Of a DNA stretch of 36,786 nucleotides, positions 9,952 through 18,112 are shown piece by piece. How positions within the stretch are numbered: position 1 is the stretch's first letter; each line of letters opens with the position of its first letter. The position numbers and the translations under genes are program-made. Source of the stretch: an uncultured Eubacteriales bacterium (GTDB lineage Bacteria; Acidobacteriota; Aminicenantia; Aminicenantales; Aminicenantaceae); contig CAZEWV010000001.1 in the NCBI GenBank assembly GCA_964516025.1, positions 3,669-40,454 of the forward strand. Direction: 5' to 3'. A model generated the notes under the pieces. The model did not search any database and was not told where the DNA came from. It was given only the letters and a program-made list of their open reading frames with translations.

Positions 9952-10303
9952 GACATATCAATCCTGCTTCAAAAGGTGAGTAGACCAGCGAGTTTCACCC
10001 CTAAATCAGCCTAGCTCCGACTTTGGGCAGGGGTAGATACATCGGGTCGTTCAACTCCATGGATGCCTCCTTATGGTAGTTAAGTGAACTTATCACATGG
10101 GCTTAGAACAGTCAATTCTCGAGAGTTTAGAAAATCAGGGGGAAACCCCAGACTAAGACCAAATCCGAAGTTATCAACCGGAACTGATGGCCGTAGGCTT
10201 CGTATTCTGGATCCTTTCTTTGGCTCTTTGGTGTTCTGATTCGTACTGTCTGGCTGAACTAGGGATTTACAGTATTTGGATTTCAATCACAAATCTTTTC
10301 ATT

Positions 10304-10822
10304 TTATCTTACCGAGTCGAGCATCTCTTGTAGAGGTTTGAAGGCTTCAGCTAGTCCTGTGACATCGTACGTAGCTGTAAGCATATTCTTTTTGTCGGGC
10401 CTTATTTGTGCAATAAACCGATCGACTTTCATCAACTTATCGACAAAATCAAGAGTCTGTCTCTGACTGCCCCTACGCCATGTCTCATCGTGTGTTGAAT
10501 TTAGAGACCATTTAGATTCAAGTTTTGGTCTTCCGTCTCCGAATCTACAAGTGACGACAGGTCCAAAGTTTGAGGTAGGAGAGATATACCTGTTCCAGAT
10601 TAAAATCACTTGGAGTTTCTGTTTCTTAGCTTCGATTTTAATCGCCATAGACTGATCGGGACCATTTTCCGAAGCCAACATAATATAAACAGACTTTACA
10701 TCTGTCATATAATCTGTTGATTCGTGAAACTCCCATTTCCCTGTGTTTTGTGCCTGACACTTCATCGCTAACCCAAAAGTCAGCGCTATGATCATTAAAC
10801 CTAAACCAATTAACTTTTTCAT
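10304..10822 (-). CDS. Hypothetical secreted protein
   Basis: 172-aa ORF with signal peptide MKKLIGLGLMIIALTFGLAMKCQA. I recognise no motif. Confidence 0.55.
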   Translation of the reverse strand: MKKLIGLGLMIIALTFGLAMKCQAQNTGKWEFHESTDYMTDVKSVYIMLASENGPDQSMAIKIEAKKQKLQVILIWNRYISPTSNFGPVVTCRFGDGRPKLESKWSLNSTHDETWRRGSQRQTLDFVDKLMKVDRFIAQIRPDKKNMLTATYDVTGLAEAFKPLQEMLDSVR

Positions 10823-11012
10823 AATATTTGTATCTTATTCTTTTCTTCTCTTTTTCTTTTCCTCATCTGTCGCCGGAGTTCTTTTGAGAAGGACTCTCTG
10901 CCTTGTTTTCATTCTTTCCTTCTCTTGGTTTATTCGCATTTCCTCTCCTGCTAGTTCTGCCCGATTCTACTTTCTCTGATCTAAAAAAGCAAATGGGATC
11001 CCCCCAATTTCC

Positions 11013-11997
11013 GGTGCTTCTTCAGGCAACTGTTGTTACTGAGCCTGAGACCATGAAAACTTCTCTACTCGAATCAGAATTTCCAAAAACATGAAAAACC
11101 ACCAAAAAAGAAGCGCTAGTGCCGTAAAAATTTCTCGAAAGCTGAGTTGCTTTTTGACTAATCCGGACTGCATCGCAGGAGTCCGTATTTCCTCTCCGAA
11201 TTTTAAGACTGAATGCGGCCGGACGAAATTATAATAACACATTTGGAGAGCAAGATTGTCAGCAAGAAGATCTTTCCGCCTGGAATGACAAGCCGTTCGG
11301 CGTCCTAAATACGCACAGCCCTGTCAGATAGTAAGATTAAGTCGATCAATGAATGAGGTGTTGATTGTGGAGGAATCACCTGATTCAGAAGTGTTTTGAC
11401 ATTTCGGTATTTGCGGTTCCCTACAACCTTGGAAATCCACATCCGGGACCAGACTTCGATTGCGACGAATATCCACATAGGCTTCTTCTTTGTTCCGGCA
11501 AAGGTTCGGATTTCATCAGCTTGAAGTTCAATTAACTCAGGGCCTTTGAGATTTTGATCATTAAACTCACCAGTTACTTGACACGCAAGGTATTGCCAGC
11601 TGGCGATCTTATTCCAGGAAAAGCACTTGATCCGCGAAATTGACGAAATCCCGACTCCTTCAACAGTCATTTGAACCACCTCATCAAAATCCAAACGAGA
11701 TTTGTGAAGTCTGTAGTATGGCGTTCCCTTTGTTGAACAGAAAGTTTTTTTACAAGTCTTGCAGAGATAACGCTGACGTCTCCCTTGTCTCGTTGTATAC
11801 TTCGAATGGCGGATGATATTACCTTTACCAAACTTTCCATGATCCTGACAATTTTCGTTCTGGCAGCAGCGATCTCTCACGGGGGCTTATACTTCATTGG
11901 ACATATTCCTAGCAATACGATTGTACTTAGTTTGTTTGGAAATAATAGCTTGCTGGGTATTTTTGATCAAGTAACAACACTTCCCAGAGGAAGCACC
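11013..11997 (-). mobile_element. IS1-family insertion sequence, copy 1 (defective)
   Basis: Bounded by imperfect terminal inverted repeats. These are GGTGCTTCTTCAGGCAACTGTTGTTAC (11013-) and the reverse complement of GTAACAACACTTCCCAGAGGAAGCACC (-11997). The GGTG.. termini and the transposase zinc-finger block ..QRYLCKTCKKTF.. resemble IS1 InsA (..QRYLCSHCRKTW..). The same ends recur at four other places in the window. Confidence 0.8.
11036..11880 (-). pseudogene. IS1-family transposase, disrupted (frameshift, internal deletion and in-frame TGA)
   Basis: N-terminal ORF 11305..11880 (GTG start; ..ELQADEIRTFAGTKKKPMWIFVAIEVWSRMW.. DDE region) and C-terminal ORF 11036..11242 (..MCYYNFVRPH..). 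Compared with copy 3, the segment encoding ..TDGFEPY...KKRRKNRVINVERRMIFG.. is missing. The reading frame shifts near 11380. The codon that is CGA (R) in copy 3 (LTIRQGC) is TGA here. Confidence 0.75.
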
Positions 11998-12020
11998 CGA
12001 ATTTAGCTGAAACGAAACAA

Positions 12021-13220
12021 TCAGGAAATCTTCTGCAGGACATGTTCAATGTCTGCAATTATGTCTGCTTCGTCTTCGATGCCAACAGAGACCCGGATGA
12101 GACTGGGAGGAATATCGGCCTTCGCCAGTTCCTCGGGCCCCAAGACGGAATGAGTTGTGGAAGCGGGATGGGTGACGATTGTCTTGCAGGTGCCCAAATG
12201 GGTAGCATGCACCCATAATTCAAGTGAATCAATCACCTTGACAGCGTCTTCATATGAGCCTTTGAGCACAAAGGACATCAACGAACTACAACCTTTCATT
12301 TGGATTTGGGCCAGCTCATAATAGGGATTGGAATTGAGTCCGGGATAATTGACAGAACTGACCTTCGGATGACTCTCTAGGAATTTGGCAAGCGCGACAG
12401 CATTGCGGCAATGTTTTTCCATACGGAGAGAAAGATGTTCCAATCCGAGGATACTCAGCCATGCATTAAATGGCGACATCGAGGGACCCAGATAGCGCAT
12501 CGAGGTTAAACGGAGGCCATCCACGAGCTCTGCAGATCCACAAATAATCCCACCCAGACTGGTGGCATTTCCACAGATGTACTTGGTCGTCGAATGGACG
12601 ACAAAGTCTGCCCCATGCTCAATGGGTCTTTGGAGGGCGGGTGTGCAGATGGTGTTGTCCACGATAAGAGGAATGCTTTTTTCCTTTGCCAATTCTGCGA
12701 GGGAAGGGATGTCAGCAATAAAGAGGCCAGGATTGCTGGGACTTTCGACAAAAAGGAACTTTGTCCGTGGGGTGATCGCAGAAGCCCAGTCATCCATCGA
12801 TTCGGGATGGGTCACCCAGTTGGTCTTTAGCCCCATTCGTTTAAAACCGGCATCAAATAAACAGAATGTACCACCGTAAATTCGGTTGGAAGAGACAATC
12901 TCATCTCCAGTTGTCAAAAGATGGTGGCAGAGCATGGAAATAGCCCCCATACCTGAAGAGGTGGCAATGGCTGCCTTCGTAAGTTCCAGAGCTGCCATTC
13001 GTTTTTCAAAAACCTGAACTGTCGGGTTGTTCCAACGTCCGTAAGTAAAGCCAGGCTTTTCAGCTGCGAAAATCGCAGCCGCTTCCTTAGCATCTACATA
13101 AGGGTAAGCCGCGGACTGGTAGATTGGAGTGACCATAGAATCGGGTTCAAAACCGGTATGCCCTCCGTGTATGGCCAGGGTATCGAATCCGTATTTTCTC
13201 ATTCTAAACTCCTCCGGCAA
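12021..13220 (-). CDS. PLP-dependent Cys/Met-metabolism (transsulfuration) enzyme, O-acetylhomoserine sulfhydrylase / methionine gamma-lyase-like
   Basis: 399-aa ORF. It has the family blocks ..SSGMGAISM.., ..DNTICTPALQRP.. and the PLP-lysine context ..VVHSTTKYICGNATSLGG... GGAGGAG SD lies upstream. The exact reaction cannot be assigned from sequence alone. Confidence 0.8.
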   Translation of the reverse strand: MPEEFRMRKYGFDTLAIHGGHTGFEPDSMVTPIYQSAAYPYVDAKEAAAIFAAEKPGFTYGRWNNPTVQVFEKRMAALELTKAAIATSSGMGAISMLCHHLLTTGDEIVSSNRIYGGTFCLFDAGFKRMGLKTNWVTHPESMDDWASAITPRTKFLFVESPSNPGLFIADIPSLAELAKEKSIPLIVDNTICTPALQRPIEHGADFVVHSTTKYICGNATSLGGIICGSAELVDGLRLTSMRYLGPSMSPFNAWLSILGLEHLSLRMEKHCRNAVALAKFLESHPKVSSVNYPGLNSNPYYELAQIQMKGCSSLMSFVLKGSYEDAVKVIDSLELWVHATHLGTCKTIVTHPASTTHSVLGPEELAKADIPPSLIRVSVGIEDEADIIADIEHVLQKIS

Positions 13221-13342
13221 TAAATTTCATCGAAATGTGCATTTATTTTGGTGCATCTATCTCAAAATATCAACTACATAATTCAGTTCTCGACCTTCCT
13301 CATGGACCTAATCAGAGGGCAGGTTCACGAGATCAAAAATCT

Positions 13343-13436
13343 GGTGCTTCTTCAAGCAACTGTTGTTACTGAGCAGGAGACCACGAAAACCTCGCTACTC
13401 GGATCCGAGTTCTCAAAAACATGAAAGACCACCAAC
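13343..13436 (-). mobile_element. IS1-family remnant (right-end inverted repeat plus about 65 nt of interior only)
   Basis: GGTGCTTCTTCAAGCAACTGTTGTTACTGAGCAGGAGACCACGAAAAC...CATGAAAGACCACCAA aligns by eye with 11013-11106 of copy 1 and 35392-35480 of copy 3. Homology stops at about 13436. Confidence 0.7.
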
Positions 13437-13461
13437 ATCGCAAGTCTCATTAGGTTTATAA

Positions 13462-13516
13462 GGAGAGAGTCGAACCCACACTCTCCACGAAGAGAACTTA
13501 ATTTTGAGTCCAGCGC
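13462..13516 (-). pseudogene. Decayed 3' fragment of a tRNA-Leu(CAA)-like gene
   Basis: Reverse complement is GCGCTGGACTCAAAATTAAGTTCTCTTCGTGGAGAGTGTGGGTTCGACTCTCTCC. It contains the anticodon-loop CTCAAAA, a long variable arm and a GGTTCGA T-loop. It parallels the better preserved copy at 28010-28071. The anticodon stem is broken and there is no 5' half or acceptor end. Confidence 0.5.
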
Positions 13517-13545
13517 TTCCTCATTTCATAATAGACTTGTCCCCG

Positions 13546-13604
13546 TGTCACTTTGTTGTCACTTTGTGTGACTAACATTGCCTAGTTTTGCCTACGGATG
13601 CCTA
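13546..13604 (-). repeat. Phased protein-binding-site-like array: 3 x TGCCTA (TAGGCA on minus) at 10-bp spacing plus GT(G/T)TCAC repeats
   Basis: TGCCTA at 13579, 13589 and 13599. GTGTCACTTT / TTGTCACTTT at 13546 and 13557. The array lies 55 nt from the tRNA-fMet 3' fragment, the same geometry as array 36207-36243 next to the intact tRNA. Confidence 0.6.
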
Positions 13605-13658
13605 AATCAGAGAAATGGAAAAATTGAGCTTTTTCTTTGGGAATCAGGGGGAATAAGA

Positions 13659-13706
13659 TGGTAGCGGGGATTGGATTTGAACCAACGACCTCCGGGTTAT
13701 AAGCTC
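13659..13706 (-). pseudogene. 3' fragment of initiator tRNA-Met (att-type direct repeat, distal copy)
   Basis: TGGTAGCGGGGATTGGATTTGAACCAACGACCTCCGGGTTATAAGC matches the first 46 nt of 36297-36373 with 2 mismatches, and the anticodon position reads TAT. The 20 nt to the left (GGGAATCAGGGGGAATAAGA) also match the flank of the intact tRNA. Confidence 0.75.
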
Positions 13707-13817
13707 TTTTTGGGCATATAACTTCAGAAAGGAGTTCTAAATTTTAGTCTCTCTCTTTTGGTGATATTTTACCTTATGGTCTAACACTGAAATTTTCTAA
13801 ACTCGCACCACATATCT

Positions 13818-13857
13818 GGTGCTTCCTCAGGGAAGTGTTGTTACTTGGGGAAGCACC
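13818..13857 (+). mobile_element. 40-bp miniature remnant of the IS1-family element (left-end inverted repeat abutted to a 9-nt terminal copy)
   Basis: GGTGCTTCCTCAGGGAAGTGTTGTTACTTG is followed by GGGAAGCACC. This is the 27-30 nt left-end inverted repeat, followed by the reverse complement of the outermost GGTGCTTCC. Confidence 0.55.
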
Positions 13858-13996
13858 AATTTGTCTCTATTTCTTGTAAATTGACCTCTCTGTTTTGTGT
13901 GTGATATGTTTATTCTAGGATGTCAACAAGAAGAAATTTTGAGAGATTGGGGTAGTATGAGGCATACAAAAAAAGAAAATTCTGGTCTGATAAAAA

Positions 13997-16498
13997 ATGA
14001 AAAGTAAAGCTGAACACAGGATTCTTGCGTCAAGAATCTCCCATGATTTTTTACATCTGTCAGATCAGGTTTTCATTTTAACCAATAAGGACATTGCGAG
14101 GATTGATTTTCTCCGCGACTTGTTGATTCTACTCTCAAATTTTTCTAGCTGTTCGTTTGTAGGACTAAGAATTTTAGAAGGGAATAACTATTTACAAAGT
14201 GAGATTTCAGGGATTAAAAAACCTGAATTTCGGTTTCGGGTTAAATCTTGCATGCGGGGAGAAAGAAGTCAGTATATCCCATGTTCGGCGAAAGACACAC
14301 CAATTGAAACGGCATGTGCAAATGTATTTACTTCAAGGTTTCATCCCGGCCTTTGCTGTTTCACTGCAAAGGGGAGTTTTTGGACAGGTGAAAAGGGAAA
14401 TCTTTTGGCATTCCCTCCGAAAAAAGGAGACAAGAGGCACCTGCCGCCTACGAAAAATGGTAATTCATATGAATCTTACATGTTGGTCCCAATTAATACA
14501 GGAGAAGACCGGATAGGGCTCCTGATGATGATGAGTGAAAAGAAAAATTTCTTTTCAGAAAAAGATGTCACCCATTATGAAGATTTTGTGAAGATTCTGG
14601 GAATTGCAATTTCCAGCCAGCTTTCGCAAGCGGCTCTTCGAGAGAGAGTCAAAGAACTGAGATGTCTCTACAGCCTCTCAGAACTGGCCGCATGGCCAGA
14701 TACATCTTTAGACAGCATATTCCGGAGAACAATAATGGCTGTCCCTCCTGGCTGGCAGTATCCTGAAATCACTTGTGCCCGTCTTGTTTTTGAGGGAAAA
14801 GAATTTCTTACTGATAATTTTAAAAAAACACGCTGGAGACAAAAAGCCCCCATAATCGTAGATGGAAAAAAGAAGGGTTCCCTGGAAGTTTTTTACATGA
14901 AAAAGAAAATGGATATCGATGAAGGACCTTTTCTGAAAGAGGAAAGAGAGCTTCTGAATGCTTTAGTTGTCTTGCTCGGATCGATAGTCGAACATAGACA
15001 GACTGAGGAGGCTAGATCCAAGTTGGCATCCATTGTTGAATTTTCGGACAATGCAATTATCAGTAAGAATCTTGACGGAATGATAATCAGTTGGAACAAA
15101 GGAGCTGAAAGACTGTTTGGATATACTGAAGATGCGGTTTTGGGTAAATCTATAACGATACTGATACACCCAGCCTACGCCGGAGAAATTGATGAGTTTT
15201 TAAAAGCAATCAAAAGCGGGAAAAGTATTGATGACAAAGAGACTCTTTTTGTAAAGAAGGACGGGGAAAGTATAGATGTCGCGCTTTCGCTCTCTCCAAT
15301 AAATGATGGAACAGGACGATTGACCGGAGCTTCAACCATTGCGCAAGACATATCGGATCGAAAAAGAGCCGAAAATGCTCTTTTGCAGAGTGAGCACGCA
15401 CTCAAGGAACGAGTTAAAGAATTAACCTGTTTATACAGTCTGGCACAACTCTCCAAGGAGCCAAAAATCTCGCTGGATGAATTGCTCATAGGAATAACCA
15501 AGCTTCTCCCCCCGGCCTGGCAGTACCCAGAGATCACATCCGGCGCTATTTTATTAGATGATAAATACTATGAATCCCAAGGTTTCAGAAAGGGCAAGCA
15601 TATCCAATCTTCAGATATCATAATAAAAGGATACAATCGGGGAAAGATTGAGGTCCACTACTCAGAGGAAATGCCTGAGCTGGATGAAGGGCCTTTTCTC
15701 AATGAGGAAAGAAATCTGATTGATACGATCGCCAAACAGATCAGCGTCATTATTGATAGAAGAGAGACAGAACAGGAAAAAAGTCAATTGAAGGAACAAC
15801 TGCGTCATGCAGACAGACTTGCCACTATCGGACAGCTTGCTGCCGGGGTAGCCCATGAGCTCAATGAGCCTTTAGGGAATATTCTAGGGTTCGCTCAACT
15901 CATGAAGAAAACAGAGGAACTCCCCGATCAGGCGTCTCAAGATGTCAAAAAAATCATCTCTGCATCTTTATTCGCAAGAGAGATCATCAAAAAGCTAATG
16001 TTATTTGCCCGCCAGACTCCCCCACGCAAAACAGAAGTCAATCTGAACAATATTGTTAAAGAAGGAATCGGCTTTCTCAAAAGCCGTGCTTTAAAGGAAG
16101 GGATTAAGATCATTTGGAAACTTTCCCCTCAACTCCCTGAGATAACAGCCGATCCTTCTCAGCTCATCCAGGTTTTTGTCAACCTCGTCGTGAATGCCTT
16201 TCAGGCGATGCCTAAAGGCGGATCATTAACCATCCGGACATTAAGAAAAGCAAATCAAGTCCACCTCCAGATCGTGGATACGGGAGAAGGAATAGACGAT
16301 GATGTGAAAGAAAAGATATTTCTTCCATTTTTTACGACAAAAGACATCGGGAAGGGAACGGGTTTAGGATTGTCTGTTGCCCACGGGATAATCAACTCTC
16401 ATGGAGGGTCTATTATCGTAAAAAGCGAGAGGGGAAAGGGTACGTGTTTCGATATACAATTGCCCCTTAAAGGGCCGAATTCTTCAAAGGAGGGCTAA
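13997..16498 (+). CDS. Cytoplasmic multi-sensor histidine kinase (GAF-like, unknown sensor module, PAS, second unknown sensor module, HisKA, HATPase_c)
   Basis: 833-aa ORF with no hydrophobic segments. The H-box is ..AAGVAHELNEPLGNI.. and the ATPase N/G boxes are ..NLVVNAFQAM.., ..DTGEGI.., ..GTGLGLSV... PAS is ..FSDNAIISKNLDGMIISWNKGAERLFGY... Two paralogous modules of about 125 aa begin at RVKELRCLYSLSEL and RVKELTCLYSLAQL. The start codon is uncertain (no SD). Confidence 0.85.
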   Translation: MKSKAEHRILASRISHDFLHLSDQVFILTNKDIARIDFLRDLLILLSNFSSCSFVGLRILEGNNYLQSEISGIKKPEFRFRVKSCMRGERSQYIPCSAKDTPIETACANVFTSRFHPGLCCFTAKGSFWTGEKGNLLAFPPKKGDKRHLPPTKNGNSYESYMLVPINTGEDRIGLLMMMSEKKNFFSEKDVTHYEDFVKILGIAISSQLSQAALRERVKELRCLYSLSELAAWPDTSLDSIFRRTIMAVPPGWQYPEITCARLVFEGKEFLTDNFKKTRWRQKAPIIVDGKKKGSLEVFYMKKKMDIDEGPFLKEERELLNALVVLLGSIVEHRQTEEARSKLASIVEFSDNAIISKNLDGMIISWNKGAERLFGYTEDAVLGKSITILIHPAYAGEIDEFLKAIKSGKSIDDKETLFVKKDGESIDVALSLSPINDGTGRLTGASTIAQDISDRKRAENALLQSEHALKERVKELTCLYSLAQLSKEPKISLDELLIGITKLLPPAWQYPEITSGAILLDDKYYESQGFRKGKHIQSSDIIIKGYNRGKIEVHYSEEMPELDEGPFLNEERNLIDTIAKQISVIIDRRETEQEKSQLKEQLRHADRLATIGQLAAGVAHELNEPLGNILGFAQLMKKTEELPDQASQDVKKIISASLFAREIIKKLMLFARQTPPRKTEVNLNNIVKEGIGFLKSRALKEGIKIIWKLSPQLPEITADPSQLIQVFVNLVVNAFQAMPKGGSLTIRTLRKANQVHLQIVDTGEGIDDDVKEKIFLPFFTTKDIGKGTGLGLSVAHGIINSHGGSIIVKSERGKGTCFDIQLPLKGPNSSKEG

Positions 16499-17854
16499 GT
16501 GGCCGCTACGCGCAAAAAAGACTGCCTGCTCATTGTGGAAGATTCTTCTGAAACACGGGAAGTCCTTGAGAGGAATTTGATTTCCCAAGGATACAAAGTG
16601 CTTACGGCTCCTGGTGTTGAGGAAGCTGTTCGGATTCTCGAAGGAGAGGAGGTGGATCTTGTGGTCACCGACCTGAAAATGCCAGGCAGTAGTGGATTAG
16701 ATTTAGTCCGGCATGTCCGGGAAAATTTCAAGGACACCGAGGTCATGATGATCACTGGATATGCATCGATTGAAGGCGCAGTCAAGGCAGTGAAAACAGG
16801 TGCTGAAGAATATCTTTCGAAGCCGTTTACGGAAGATGAGCTGTTTGCGGCGGTGAAGAGAATTCTAGAAAAACTCCACCAGCGCAGGATTTCCCAAGCT
16901 TATGATTTTCGTAGGCCGCATACACCACATGGGCTTATAGGGGAATCAGCGGCGATGAATAAAGTGTTTCATGCCATATCTAAAACGGCCTCCACATCCG
17001 CCACAGTCCTGATTACGGGAGAGAGTGGGACAGGGAAAGAATTAGTAGCCAGAGCTACCCACTATGGGAGCCCGAGGTCTGCGGCTCCATTCGTCCCTGT
17101 TAACTGTGGTGGGATTCCCGAAGGGCTTCTGGAGAGCGAGCTTTTTGGCCATATCAAAGGAGCATTTACTGGGGCGACAGGGTCCCGTGCCGGATTTTTT
17201 CAAACCGCGGATGGCGGATCTATTTTCCTTGATGAAATTAGCGAAACAAGTCTTGCTATGCAGGTCAAGCTTCTTCGGGTTCTTCAGGACAAAGAAGTGT
17301 GCATGCTGGGGGCGACACGGACTCGTAAGGTCGATGTCCGAGTTATTGCTGCAACTAACAAGGATCTTGCCAAGTTGGTAAAAAAGGAAGGTTTCAGAGA
17401 AGATCTTTATTTCAGGTTGAACGTTATCACGATCGAAGTCCCTCCTCTTCGTGAGAGAGGAGATGATATTCTCCTCCTAATAAATCATTTTTCTCAGAAG
17501 TTTGCCAAAGAGATAGGCAAAACACCCCTTAGGTTTTCTGAAAGAGCACTCAGCGCACTTAAAAAATACAATTGGCCCGGAAACGTCAGAGAACTTGAAA
17601 ATGTTGTCAATCGTCTTGTTATAATGTGTGAGGTAGAGATTATCAATGCCTCGGATCTTCCATCTCTAATGCGATATTCCGCTCCACGAGGGGCCAGATT
17701 AAACCAGAGTCTGGAGGAAGTCGAAATCGAACATATACGTAATGTCCTTGCCAGCCTCGATGGAAACAAGACTCGCGCCGCCAAGATTCTCGGAATAGAC
17801 CGGAAAACCCTGAGGGAGAAACTGAAAAGCTATAGGATAAATCAGGAATATTAG
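16499..17854 (+). CDS. Sigma54-dependent response regulator (NtrC family: REC, AAA+ with GAFTGA, Fis-type HTH)
   Basis: 451-aa ORF. GTG start lies immediately after the kinase stop (TAAGTG) with AAGGAGGG upstream. It has receiver ..DLVVTDLKMPG.., Walker A GESGTGKE, the sigma54-contact loop GAFTGA, ..ELFGH.. and C-terminal ..GNKTRAAKILGIDRKTLREKLK.. HTH. Confidence 0.9.
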   Translation: MAATRKKDCLLIVEDSSETREVLERNLISQGYKVLTAPGVEEAVRILEGEEVDLVVTDLKMPGSSGLDLVRHVRENFKDTEVMMITGYASIEGAVKAVKTGAEEYLSKPFTEDELFAAVKRILEKLHQRRISQAYDFRRPHTPHGLIGESAAMNKVFHAISKTASTSATVLITGESGTGKELVARATHYGSPRSAAPFVPVNCGGIPEGLLESELFGHIKGAFTGATGSRAGFFQTADGGSIFLDEISETSLAMQVKLLRVLQDKEVCMLGATRTRKVDVRVIAATNKDLAKLVKKEGFREDLYFRLNVITIEVPPLRERGDDILLLINHFSQKFAKEIGKTPLRFSERALSALKKYNWPGNVRELENVVNRLVIMCEVEIINASDLPSLMRYSAPRGARLNQSLEEVEIEHIRNVLASLDGNKTRAAKILGIDRKTLREKLKSYRINQEY

Positions 17855-17961
17855 TGGGGAATTTTTCTCCACCGGTACATTTCGCTCCACCTCAACCGTC
17901 TTCACAGACCACACACATTTGATTAAAAAAGAAAAATATTACTCCTCAATAAACTTTGTGT

Positions 17962-17994
17962 AACCGATTGATATAAAATCAGTTATTCAGTTAT
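17962..17994. promoter_or_regulatory. Candidate upstream activator sequence for the NtrC-type regulator
   Basis: Imperfect 23-bp palindrome AACCGATTGATATAAAATCAGTT (17962-17984) overlaps a tandem TCAGTTAT TCAGTTAT (17979-17994). It lies about 65-100 bp upstream of the -24/-12 element, the usual bEBP distance. This rests on position and symmetry only. Confidence 0.3.
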
Positions 17995-18058
17995 ATCATT
18001 CAGCGCTAAACTCACGCCGGTCTTTCAAACGAAGCCCAATTCCTCAGTTTCAATTTTA

Positions 18059-18074
18059 TGGCACAGATATTGCA
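18059..18074 (+). promoter_or_regulatory. Sigma54 (-24/-12) promoter
   Basis: TGGCACagataTTGCA is an exact match to TGGCAC-N5-TTGCW with canonical GG/GC spacing. It lies about 40 nt upstream of the first operon ATG and directly downstream of a sigma54 activator gene. Confidence 0.8.
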
Positions 18075-18112
18075 CATGAAAAAGGGTGAATACATTATTA
18101 GAGGAGGTATTA

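Noticed and set aside
10840-10980. The long pyrimidine-rich (plus strand) tract as a possible structural or repeat element.
   Set aside because: It has no internal periodicity and no second copy in the window. It is most simply an AT/purine-skewed promoter-leader region of the downstream minus-strand gene.
11785-12006. Plus-strand ORFs conserved in three places (11785..12006, 29213..29416, 35936..36118; ..ILTFFVLAAAISHGGLYFIGHIP..), which look like a small conserved membrane protein family.
   Set aside because: They are the antisense reading of the 5' end of the IS1-family transposase gene. Their conservation is explained entirely by the IS copies. The sense strand carries the recognisable zinc-finger transposase N-terminus.
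13221-13342. A SAM or other sulfur-metabolism riboswitch upstream of the transsulfuration gene.
   Set aside because: I read the minus-strand leader and none of the conserved SAM-I/II core sequences are present. Only a short AATAAAT/ATTTATT inverted repeat is there.
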